This document shows positions 45,254 to 53,995 of a stretch of 64,000 nucleotides of DNA, piece by piece. The stretch spans positions 17,874 to 81,873 of IMG/VR virus record IMGVR_UViG_3300032157_000004; one strand, 5' to 3'. Numbering within the stretch: position 1 is the first letter of the stretch; each line of letters begins with the position of its first letter. Both the position numbers and the translations under genes were made by a program. This stretch comes from a virus. The notes under the pieces are model-generated. The model worked only from the letters and a program-made list of their open reading frames with translations, ran no database searches and was not told the DNA's origin.

Positions 45254-46265
45254 GCACCATTCTTTCTAAGGAATTTTCTAGTTGAGAAACAACAGTATTA
45301 TACGAGAACTGCTGTATAAGTTTCAAGCCCTTATTTTTTAAATTTTTTCGCAGGTCAGGTTCTTCGATTAGGCGCATAGTAGCGGCTGCCATTGCCTCCG
45401 CATCATCGACAGGAACTCTTAGGGCTGTCTGCTCATGGATAGCAAAATCGCGGTTAGCGCCGATATCAGAGCAAACAGGAACGCAACCGCAAGCAATAGC
45501 TTCTGCCACTGGGTTACACCATCCGGCTCTGCGATGATTATCAAGGAAAGCATGACCGTGCTGGAGAAACTTGACCAACTCATACTGGGTAAACTTGCGG
45601 CCCCAGTAGGAATCCACTTCAATATCGTGCTTCTCTTTGACAAGTTCGATAGCTTTTTTAACAACCTCAGTTCCTTTTCTCTCTCTTGGGTCGCCTGAGT
45701 AAACTACTGTAAAAGGTCTATCTTGAGGTTCTTCTGCAAGAGGAAAGAACATACTTAGGTTTATACCGCCGAAGGCTGGCCCTGCGGGATAGCCGACCTG
45801 GTTTTTCACCCATTCAAGTTGCCAGCTTGAATCTGCCAAAATTAAAAATTTTCTCTGCATGGCATCGTAAATCATTTTCTGGGCAGCGTCGTAAAAATTT
45901 TTTCCTGTCTTGAGAGCTTGCGCCATCTGCTCAGTCGGGTCAAAACCGAGAAGGCAGATCGCTTTGACTTTAGTATGGGCATTCAGTAAATGCTTGTAGA
46001 GTTCAGGTTTCCAGTCTACTATGCCAATTAAAACATCCATGTAAGCTCTATCTACTTCTTCCAGCCTCCTACAGTCAGCAAAAGAAGTCAACCACTTAAC
46101 TTGGGTTCCCTCTGGATGGTAGATAGTTACCTGGTGGCCGCGCTCATGTAAAACATTTGAGACTTCGACCATCTCTCGCACCGCCCCAAAAGTCCCTACA
46201 GTGGGCGTAATCCAGCCAATATTTAACTTATTATTTTTTCTTAGCAAGTGTAGCCTCCTTGCCAA
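45240..46265 (-). CDS. GT4 (GT-B) glycosyltransferase
   Basis: GTFGAVR...SNVLHERGHQVT, RKG..VV, PVAEAIACG..PVCSDIG, VPVDDAEAMA. Confidence 0.88.
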   Translation of the reverse strand: MARRLHLLRKNNKLNIGWITPTVGTFGAVREMVEVSNVLHERGHQVTIYHPEGTQVKWLTSFADCRRLEEVDRAYMDVLIGIVDWKPELYKHLLNAHTKVKAICLLGFDPTEQMAQALKTGKNFYDAAQKMIYDAMQRKFLILADSSWQLEWVKNQVGYPAGPAFGGINLSMFFPLAEEPQDRPFTVVYSGDPRERKGTEVVKKAIELVKEKHDIEVDSYWGRKFTQYELVKFLQHGHAFLDNHRRAGWCNPVAEAIACGCVPVCSDIGANRDFAIHEQTALRVPVDDAEAMAAATMRLIEEPDLRKNLKNKGLKLIQQFSYNTVVSQLENSLERMVHDKT

Positions 46266-46269
46266 ACAA

Positions 46270-46298
46270 GAAGGGCAAGACTCCCCATCTTGCCCTTC
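46270..46298 (-). terminator. Probable terminator after the major capsid gene
   Basis: 11-bp stem gaagggcaaga/tcttgcccttc followed by TTGTTT on the minus strand. Confidence 0.6.
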
Positions 46299-46356
46299 CT
46301 GCCCCAGTTTGTCAGTTCCCTTATCTTCACCCAGTCCCGAAAGGAGTTGGGGTAGG

Positions 46357-47913
46357 TCAGCTTAGACGTTGATCGCCACCAAAGCTGGTCAGCGGGTAGA
46401 AGCTGCTGATCGGATCTGGCGAGATTGGGTCGAGAGGTTGTGTGCATTCCACGTTCATAAAGCGGGCTTGCAGCCAGGGTGCGCGGTTGATAATTCTTGG
46501 GCGAATCCAGGCTTTTGTGGTGCGGCAGAGATTATCGACTTCTGTGACACCGATCACACGTCCGCCATCGGTCGAGAAGTATTCTGGATGGCCTTCCGCT
46601 TGCATTTCAGAAGCGGCTGCGCCAGCATCCAGGGTTTCGCCTTCCCACAGTTGTTGGTTGCCGACTCTTGAAGTGAGGAAATAAACATCGCCACGATTGG
46701 TTCCATGCATAGTATTCCAATCGTAAGGGAAGATGTCAATTACTCGACCGTCGAGACGGATGAAGCCGCCGCCGTAGCGACCACCGTTAAGGCTGTCACG
46801 GAAGTTGCGTGCTTCATAGGTCATCAGATTGACGGGGTTATATTCCCCGCCCGCGCAAACGCTCCAACAGGTGAATGCATCCAAGAGACAACCAGCCAAG
46901 AAGGTTGGCATTACCAAAACAAATTCCGGCTCACCGTCTGCCGACAGCATGGGCGACCAGGAAATTCTCTGGAGGAAACGGCGCATGGTGTACAGAAGAT
47001 AGTTGATGAATTGGTAGGTTCCCGAAAGAGCCACACCGTTCAACGTCTTTGTGCCGCCACCCGTACCGTTGAGATTGTTGCCAGCCCAGTTAAAGACCAT
47101 TGAATCAAGCATACTGGATTCGTAGCCAGTGTTGATCCATTGTTGCATCCCATCAAATTGACCTGGCGTGGAAGCATTGCCAGTCATGGCATGGCGATAC
47201 AAGTCCTGAATCTGAGTGTCGAGAATCCAGCGCATGTCCCACTCGAACTCAGACGTGATGATTGTACCGTCGAGACGGTAGCGCGGGTCTTGTTCGCAGT
47301 AGCGTTCAGCCTTCAAAATTTCACGCGTCGGGCCTTTACGACCGTAGCGACCAAAATCTTCCAGCGTGATCTTCGCTGTACCATAGTCGAACCCCGAAGG
47401 ATCGGCACAAGGATCAGAGAGATGACCTGCGGTTGGGTTGCCACCCGACATTTCTGGACGCACATAGGTCAGGAAATTGAAGGTTTTGGTGAACACATCG
47501 CTCATACGCCAGTTAAACAAGTCAAGCAGCGAAAGGCGTCCGCCATAGCTCAGAGTCATCAAGCTATCTTCACAGCGACCGAAAAATGGCGTGGCGTCGG
47601 CAATAAAGGGGCTGTCAGGCACACCAGTCGCCAGCGTCAAACGTTGTTGGCGACCACCACGTTGCGCCGGAAGCTGCAACCCCTGTGTCAGCATCGCAAG
47701 CTGCGCCAATTGGTAGGTTTGCAGTTGCAGCGGCGAGAGTTGGCTTTGGCGTTGCTGCATTTGATGCTGGTATTGCTGAATACGATAATCTTGGCTCTCC
47801 CGCTTTTGTTTCTTGGTGCGGTCGAGACTCTTTTGCCGTTGTTGCAAAGACGGCAGCGCCCCTTTCTCCAGTGGGGTTCTGTCATACTGAACTCTTTGTT
47901 GTAGTGTTCCCAT
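46357..47913 (-). CDS. Major capsid protein with Gln-rich N-terminal extension
   Basis: Follows the protease/scaffold gene and precedes a terminator; ...TGN....GQFDGM pattern typical of HK97-fold capsids. Confidence 0.72.
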   Translation of the reverse strand: MGTLQQRVQYDRTPLEKGALPSLQQRQKSLDRTKKQKRESQDYRIQQYQHQMQQRQSQLSPLQLQTYQLAQLAMLTQGLQLPAQRGGRQQRLTLATGVPDSPFIADATPFFGRCEDSLMTLSYGGRLSLLDLFNWRMSDVFTKTFNFLTYVRPEMSGGNPTAGHLSDPCADPSGFDYGTAKITLEDFGRYGRKGPTREILKAERYCEQDPRYRLDGTIITSEFEWDMRWILDTQIQDLYRHAMTGNASTPGQFDGMQQWINTGYESSMLDSMVFNWAGNNLNGTGGGTKTLNGVALSGTYQFINYLLYTMRRFLQRISWSPMLSADGEPEFVLVMPTFLAGCLLDAFTCWSVCAGGEYNPVNLMTYEARNFRDSLNGGRYGGGFIRLDGRVIDIFPYDWNTMHGTNRGDVYFLTSRVGNQQLWEGETLDAGAAASEMQAEGHPEYFSTDGGRVIGVTEVDNLCRTTKAWIRPRIINRAPWLQARFMNVECTQPLDPISPDPISSFYPLTSFGGDQRLS

Positions 47914-47963
47914 TATCTTTCCTCCAGAGTGAAATCGGTCTGACGCCGAAAAATTTTTAAAAA

Positions 47964-49511
47964 TTAGTAGCTTGGCAGCTTCGACAGAGTGCGCTCGGCA
48001 ATATCTTCGTAGGTTTCCCCAAAGACAAACGGGTCGGCAGCATCGTCGTACCCATCTTCCGGCTCATTGTGAGCTTCGCTGGCGCGATAGCTGACTTTGA
48101 GAGTTTTCCTGGATGGAAGATCTTGCAGATACTCAGTCTTGCGCGTGCCGTCATCCTTTGCCAGTCGCCCGACAATTTTTGCCAACTGGTCGTTGGCTTC
48201 TTTCAACTCAGCAATTTCAGCCTGGTCTGCTTCCCTGGCTTTGATGAGGCTTTCTACAGCACGACCAAGCTGCTTGAATTGAGGAGATGCGAAAACTACC
48301 TGAGCAATGGCTTCGACAGCGGCGTCGTCCAGCACCAGTTCAGGAGTTTCTTCGTCCTCAGTCGTTTCTTCCTCAGTTTCGGCTTCGTCCTCAGTCGCTT
48401 CGGCTTCTGCTTCGGCTGCGGTGCGATGGATGAGCCGTTCATCCTTCACACGCTTGTTGGTCTGGTCTACACTCTTTTCAAACTTCTCAAGGAACTTATT
48501 CAGTTCCTCAGAGTCCTCACCAAAAAGTGTTTGCAGTTCCCCAGTAGTTTTTGGATTCATAGCTCTTTTCACCCCTTCTTCCAGAACACCTAAACGCGTA
48601 AATAAAGCCGCCGCTTCTTTTTCCAAGACTACACTGATACGAGTATTGATCCCATCGTTATAAACCGGAATCGTAATCTCAGGATCAAGTGAAATTTTTT
48701 CCGGCTCTGCATAAGCCCAAAACTCGATGCTGTTACCCCAAGTTCCGGCTTCATCCCGTTCACAAGCTCGAATCGTAGCTTTGGCAAGAGGATGATCTTC
48801 ATCGAACAAACCGGAGGCGATATAACAGACGCCCTCTCTTGCCAGATAGTCGGCTGTGCCAAACTCCCACAACTCAGGATTTTCTTCGCCGTGATGGTAA
48901 TAATCCAGGCGGGGATAAACCCCTTCCTCTTGAGATTGCTGGATAAAACTATCAAAAAGTTTTACGCTGTCGATCTCACCGGAGCGGTTGAGAATCGAAG
49001 TTCCGGCAATCGCCACCCAACGATGGCGACCGTCTTTTTGACGAAAAACTCTAAAATTATTTTGCTGAACAGGCGTAAATTTTTCTTCGACCTGTACCCA
49101 ACTGCCCAAAGTTACTTCTTCATTAGAAACGGAAAGCGGAACTTGAAAGAGCTTGCCGCTCTGCGCCACGATTGCCGATAGACCAGCGCCGTCGTCGTTA
49201 AGATAGACATCAATAAGACGTGCGTAGTCGCCGCCTTCGTCGTAGATGTCCCAGAGTGACATAGAGATTTTTTCATAGAACCTTGACATGCTAAAAGAGC
49301 GTTCTTTTAAGAAATTAGCCAATTTACTATCAGGCGTTTTTTCTTCAATCCGCTGTTCTTCTCTCGACCTGGCGACAATCTTCCGCACACGATACTCAAA
49401 CTCGGCAGCATCGAGTTGGGAAGCACCGCTTTGCCAGTTTTCAGAAATCACGCCTGACTTGGTTAAGAAGAAGCGCCAGAGATTTTCAAGAACATTTTTT
49501 TCGATTGTCAT
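47964..49511 (-). CDS. Prohead protease/scaffold
   Basis: RWVAIAGTSILNRSGEIDS...LDYYHH...GNSIEF protease-like core; acidic coiled-coil C-terminus. Confidence 0.7.
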   Translation of the reverse strand: MTIEKNVLENLWRFFLTKSGVISENWQSGASQLDAAEFEYRVRKIVARSREEQRIEEKTPDSKLANFLKERSFSMSRFYEKISMSLWDIYDEGGDYARLIDVYLNDDGAGLSAIVAQSGKLFQVPLSVSNEEVTLGSWVQVEEKFTPVQQNNFRVFRQKDGRHRWVAIAGTSILNRSGEIDSVKLFDSFIQQSQEEGVYPRLDYYHHGEENPELWEFGTADYLAREGVCYIASGLFDEDHPLAKATIRACERDEAGTWGNSIEFWAYAEPEKISLDPEITIPVYNDGINTRISVVLEKEAAALFTRLGVLEEGVKRAMNPKTTGELQTLFGEDSEELNKFLEKFEKSVDQTNKRVKDERLIHRTAAEAEAEATEDEAETEEETTEDEETPELVLDDAAVEAIAQVVFASPQFKQLGRAVESLIKAREADQAEIAELKEANDQLAKIVGRLAKDDGTRKTEYLQDLPSRKTLKVSYRASEAHNEPEDGYDDAADPFVFGETYEDIAERTLSKLPSY

Positions 49512-49639
49512 GTGGGACTCCTGATGTTAAAATCTCTACAGGGCTTGAACGGCTTAATTACCCGTTGACAAGTCGGTACTCTGTAACCGATGCCCTCTAT
49601 AAAATTTACAGAATCAATCTCTAACAGAGGAGATATAAA

Positions 49640-50191
49640 ATGTTCACTAGACAGTGTAAGTTTTGTCACGTTATTTTTAAAACAGGCGATCCAAAAATTA
49701 AATGCTGTTCCTTAGAACACGCAAGAGAATACAGCAAAAAGAGAAAACAAAGATACGAACGTAACCGTTTTTACAGAGAGTGCGGTCAGCCTGAAAAAGC
49801 ACAAAAGCCTACAACAAATACATCTCCTATTATTCTCCCAAACTCTGCTCGTACCTTAGACACTTCCTCCATAATTCCTGGCTATTCTGTAAATTGGAAA
49901 GAAATTTCAACCCAGATTCGCATAAGAGACAACTACACTTGTCAGTATTGCGGAGACTACTTTGACGAGTCCAGAGTTTGTCCGCCAGTTCATCACATTG
50001 TTCCTAGAAGATTTCTAGCAGGTATCTCTGCTGAGACAGCGGAACATCCAGACAATCTCATAACTCTGTGTGAAAAATGCCATCCTCTAATTGAGTACGG
50101 ACACTTGAAACTCCCCACTGATATTGTTAAAAAAGCATATAGAGCAGTTAAAAAGGGAACGGCTGTTCCGCAGAACGACAACCTCTGCTAA
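49640..50191 (+). CDS. HNH endonuclease, antisense to the operon
   Basis: IRIRDNYTCQYCG...VHHIVP...DNLITLCEKCH. Confidence 0.85.
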   Translation: MFTRQCKFCHVIFKTGDPKIKCCSLEHAREYSKKRKQRYERNRFYRECGQPEKAQKPTTNTSPIILPNSARTLDTSSIIPGYSVNWKEISTQIRIRDNYTCQYCGDYFDESRVCPPVHHIVPRRFLAGISAETAEHPDNLITLCEKCHPLIEYGHLKLPTDIVKKAYRAVKKGTAVPQNDNLC

Positions 50192-50237
50192 ACAGCCGCA
50201 ACGGGCGAGTCTTAATCGTAAATCTTCAATTGCCAAC

Positions 50238-50266
50238 AATATAATCTTATTTTTTTCTTGTGTCAA
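50238..50266 (-). promoter_or_regulatory. Sigma70-type promoter facing the head genes
   Basis: TTGACA (50266-61), 17 bp, TATATT (50243-38). Confidence 0.65.
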
Positions 50267-50270
50267 TAGA

Positions 50271-50477
50271 TTATTCCGACTTTCCCAGATTGGCTAGGTC
50301 GGAAACTTTGATCTCAACAACCTCACGCCCCTTGATCAAACAGCGGCGACGGTCTTTGTCCTGCACCTGAATCGTGCCGCGCTCCGGTATAAAACGGCCT
50401 AACCTAACGCCATCGGCGTAGGCAAAGCCATCCTTTCCAACTTTGACCGGAGAAATTTTAGGGTTGGGCGCTGACAT
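50271..50477 (-). CDS. Hypothetical protein
   Basis: 68-aa ORF in the operon. Confidence 0.5.
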   Translation of the reverse strand: MSAPNPKISPVKVGKDGFAYADGVRLGRFIPERGTIQVQDKDRRRCLIKGREVVEIKVSDLANLGKSE

Positions 50478-50829
50478 CTTTTTCCTCTAATAAAAATTTA
50501 AAATTTTCTTGGTCAGCATCGTAAGCTCTCTGGTGGGCCTTACGTGCCATCAAAACTAGCTGTTGGTTTTGTCTAGTCCTATGATGCTGGAGGTTATCTA
50601 CTGCAATGCGAAGATTGATACGAATACGCGCTGTCTCCGGCGACAGAAAATAAAGATGGCGTGTGTGATCGCAGTAAGGGCAAATCAACTTAGCCTGGAC
50701 AACTCTGTCGTGTGGAGCCTCTAAGTCCCTTTCTTGTACATTCTTGGTTAAGGGAAATACTTGATGGCACTGGTCACAGCGTACTTTAACTTCTTTGCCT
50801 AAATTTTCTGGTAATTTTTCTGTTTCCAT
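50458..50829 (-). CDS. Zn-finger hypothetical protein
   Basis: CDQC...CPYC; start coupled to the upstream stop (TGATG). Confidence 0.55.
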   Translation of the reverse strand: METEKLPENLGKEVKVRCDQCHQVFPLTKNVQERDLEAPHDRVVQAKLICPYCDHTRHLYFLSPETARIRINLRIAVDNLQHHRTRQNQQLVLMARKAHQRAYDADQENFKFLLEEKDVSAQP

Positions 50830-51293
50830 CAGTTCATTCCTGGCGCTGAAATAAAAACCCAAAGCTGGCGACCGTCTTGAGCTACGGCTGTACCAACTCC
50901 GATAGCGGGCTGTCCTCTATAAAAATCATTTCTTCCGGCAATATGATCGTGGTGGCTTGACGACTCCAGCCAGCCTTTTACAGCTTCTTCCGGCTCATCG
51001 TGACCGATGTAAAGGCTTTCGACTTGGTTGCCCTTCTCTGAGTAGTAGTCCGGTAGCTTATATCCTGCTGCCCGTACATTCTCATTGGCGGTAAAACCAA
51101 AAGGATTGGTGTGGGCAAAGTAATCATGTTTCGCCATATCTTCGGCTTTACGCTGTGCCGCCAGCATCAATCTCAAGTCGATGTAGATCGGCGCACGTTC
51201 CTGCCAAGCTGCATACATAATCAGATCCGCCAGCTTATACACATCGGCAATCACTTTGCTGTGTTTTTCGATATAAGGCAGATACAGGCTCAA
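50829..51293 (-). CDS. CAP/SCP domain protein
   Basis: AAQRKAEDMAKHDYFAH...ENV...ESL...AVKGWLESSSH...IGVG. Confidence 0.8.
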   Translation of the reverse strand: MSLYLPYIEKHSKVIADVYKLADLIMYAAWQERAPIYIDLRLMLAAQRKAEDMAKHDYFAHTNPFGFTANENVRAAGYKLPDYYSEKGNQVESLYIGHDEPEEAVKGWLESSSHHDHIAGRNDFYRGQPAIGVGTAVAQDGRQLWVFISAPGMN

Positions 51294-51583
51294 TTCAGTC
51301 TTGGCCCCCAGTTAAACCAATCGACTGTGCCTGGTACTTCCTGCTCTATTCTTTCCAAGCCTTCTTTCATCATCAGAGGATCAATATGCCCCTGGCAGTT
51401 TAGGCTGCAAAAGATGAGTTTGGTTACTTCATGCCACTCATTGTTAACCAAAAGCCGACAGTACCCTGCGGCTGAGTTGACATGCAGCCCGACAGGAATA
51501 GGCTTGTTTGAAAAAACCATAATCTCTCCAGTCTCAGAGAAGTGCTTGTGCGGCTGTCCTGAGCATGTCCATAACAGCCACAA
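51290..51583 (-). CDS. Hypothetical protein
   Basis: 97-aa ORF overlapping the CAP gene. Confidence 0.4.
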   Translation of the reverse strand: MWLLWTCSGQPHKHFSETGEIMVFSNKPIPVGLHVNSAAGYCRLLVNNEWHEVTKLIFCSLNCQGHIDPLMMKEGLERIEQEVPGTVDWFNWGPRLN

Positions 51584-51779
51584 CTTGCGCTAATTGTTGT
51601 GCTGTTAGATTTTTCTGTAAATCATAGCTCTTATCCGACATAATCTCGCCGTTCTGATCCATAACTTCCACTTGGGCAGTTCCCTGTCGAGAAGCAGGCT
51701 GGCCGTTGCCGTCTGCGAGAATTGTGCGAATTCTACCAATAGATGTAGGTGTGCGAACTGCCTCTTTTACAAACGCCAT
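51534..51779 (-). CDS. Hypothetical protein
   Basis: RBS aggaggaaagATG; follows the fibre gene. Confidence 0.6.
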   Translation of the reverse strand: MAFVKEAVRTPTSIGRIRTILADGNGQPASRQGTAQVEVMDQNGEIMSDKSYDLQKNLTAQQLAQVVAVMDMLRTAAQALL

Positions 51780-51787
51780 CTTTCCTC

Positions 51788-53995
51788 CTAAACAATTGCC
51801 GAAGGTGTTACTGTGATATTTGCGTGCTTATAGCCAAGCGTAATCATCTGGATAGCCAAGTCATTAAAACCTGTAATCGGCCCTGTGAAATCGAATCTGA
51901 GTGTTAGATTAGTAGACGTATTCGTAGTTGCTGTAACCGTAATTCCTGCGGCAAGTGCAGTTGCGGTATAGGTCATAGCGACGTTATTTGTGCTGGTAAT
52001 TTGTACAAGCGTACAACCACGATAGTAGTTTGTGCCAACCCTACCCTCCATACCAACAAGATACATTAAGCCGCCAAAAGCATTTGTACCTACACTTCTT
52101 GTAACTGCTACCTGCAAGGCATTTTCAGAAGATGCTGAAAGTCTTACGCTAAAAGTGGCAACACCGTTTGTTACTGTTGTGGTGGAGTTCATCGTAGCCG
52201 CTCCATCCACATTCAGCGTTGTGTCTAGGTCAACTGCTCCCTGAGCGTTAAAAGTAGAACCAGCGATTAGGGCGCTGCTAAATGTCTTGATACCTGCGAT
52301 TGTCTGGTCAGTCGTCAACATCACATAAAGACTGTTTAGCGCCGTTTTAATGTTGGCCCACGTCCACTTAACTAGAGCGCCAGCCGAAACTCTGGCAAAA
52401 ATATCCGCATCATCAGGAGAGGTATCGGTAGATGCATTGGTGAACTCAGTGACAATATTAGAAGCAGTTCCCGCATCACCAGATCGAGCAAAGGTTAGAA
52501 CAACTGGATTAGTATCTGTAAAAGAGCCATTAGAGGCAACTTGCGTGACTGTAGCTGTCCAGTACCCTGTATTTTCAGCCAAAGCTGTTAGAGTAAAGAC
52601 ACGGTAGATAGAGCTATCTACTTTATCAAAAAGGCGTAACGTACCTTTATTTGTATTAGTTGAGTCATCCAAAGTAGCCAACCACGCCTGAACATCGACA
52701 CCGTTACGATCATTGTCATCAATGTAGAGGGCTGTTGCCGTTGTTAAATTATTTAAACGAATGTCGCCACTACCAGGATCGGCATTGGTTGTAGTCGAGT
52801 CAAAACGAAACTCAATACTGTTGCCGCCAAAGACGCCTTGCGGCCCTGTAGCTCCAGTTGAACCTGTAGAGCCTGTTGCACCTTGAGCGCCGACATTGCC
52901 CGCTCTAGCAAAAGAGACAACCACGTTATCCAGATTAGAAAAAGCAGTAGACTGAACAACAGGCGTTACCGCCAGCTTCCAGTAACCTGTCGCCTCTACA
53001 CTGGCCCCTGATATTTGAAAATCTGAATAGATGGAACTGTCAGTCTTTCGGAATAGTCGTAGTGAACCCCTGACGGTGTTAGTTGAGCCGTCCAGGGTGG
53101 CAAGCCAGGATTGGATGTCGGTCGCGTTGAGATCCTGGTCATCAATAAAAATCTGTGTAATCGACCCAAAAGTAGCGTGATTAAAGCGCAGCATACCGCT
53201 GCCAGGATCGCTATCAGTGGTGGTCGTTGAAAAACCGTAGTTAAAAGAGTCGCCGCCGAAGCCGCCCTGAGAACCTGTAGGGCCAGGATCACCCTGTATA
53301 CCTTGAATGCCCTGGATACCTTGTTCGCCCTGTTCTCCCTGCTCTCCTTGCGGCCCTTGTGCGCCAGTCTCGCCTGTTGCTCCAGTCTCTCCCTGGATGC
53401 CCTGGATGCCCTGAATACCTTGCTCACCTTGATCTCCCTGCGGCCCTGGATCTCCCTGTGGGCCTTCCGGCCCTGTTGCACCTGTCGCACCCGTTTCACC
53501 CTGGATACCCTGCGGGCCTTCTTCACCCTGGATACCCTGCTCACCTTGTTCACCTTGAGGGCCAGTTTCTCCTTGAATACCTTGAATACCTTGAGGGCCA
53601 GGATCGCCCTGTTCTCCTTGTGGCCCTGCTGGGCCAGGTTCTCCTTGCTCACCCTGCGGGCCTTGCGGCCCTGGTGGGCCTTCGGTTCCCATGCCGGTAG
53701 CATTGATCGCCGCCGCTATTGAGATAAAGCGCAGCCCCTTTTCATCCTCACGGACGCCGACTAGCTTCCAAGCAGCATCATCATAAGTGTCTGGCGTATC
53801 GGTCAGATCTAGAAAAGATTCTAAAATTTTTCTTTTTATTTCATCTGGCAAAAAGACAGGGCCATCCGACTCCAGGCGCATTACTGGATCATTAGGCAGT
53901 TCAAAAATACCGTCTACAGAAAACTTGGGTGTCTCCAAGAAACCTTCAACCTGGCGGGGTTTATTCTTTTCCATCACCCCATCGACTTTAGGCAT
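51788..53995 (-). CDS. Collagen-like fibre protein
   Basis: Long uninterrupted G-X-Y run, then two homologous ~100-aa domains (FSTTTTDSDPGSG and FDSTTTNADPGSG) separated by a short G-X-Y. Confidence 0.85.
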   Translation of the reverse strand: MPKVDGVMEKNKPRQVEGFLETPKFSVDGIFELPNDPVMRLESDGPVFLPDEIKRKILESFLDLTDTPDTYDDAAWKLVGVREDEKGLRFISIAAAINATGMGTEGPPGPQGPQGEQGEPGPAGPQGEQGDPGPQGIQGIQGETGPQGEQGEQGIQGEEGPQGIQGETGATGATGPEGPQGDPGPQGDQGEQGIQGIQGIQGETGATGETGAQGPQGEQGEQGEQGIQGIQGIQGDPGPTGSQGGFGGDSFNYGFSTTTTDSDPGSGMLRFNHATFGSITQIFIDDQDLNATDIQSWLATLDGSTNTVRGSLRLFRKTDSSIYSDFQISGASVEATGYWKLAVTPVVQSTAFSNLDNVVVSFARAGNVGAQGATGSTGSTGATGPQGVFGGNSIEFRFDSTTTNADPGSGDIRLNNLTTATALYIDDNDRNGVDVQAWLATLDDSTNTNKGTLRLFDKVDSSIYRVFTLTALAENTGYWTATVTQVASNGSFTDTNPVVLTFARSGDAGTASNIVTEFTNASTDTSPDDADIFARVSAGALVKWTWANIKTALNSLYVMLTTDQTIAGIKTFSSALIAGSTFNAQGAVDLDTTLNVDGAATMNSTTTVTNGVATFSVRLSASSENALQVAVTRSVGTNAFGGLMYLVGMEGRVGTNYYRGCTLVQITSTNNVAMTYTATALAAGITVTATTNTSTNLTLRFDFTGPITGFNDLAIQMITLGYKHANITVTPSAIV

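Noticed and set aside
52500-53290. Duplicated domain in the collagen fibre as a DGR template/variable pair
   Set aside because: Both copies are in-frame and diverged at all base types; no reverse transcriptase in the window.
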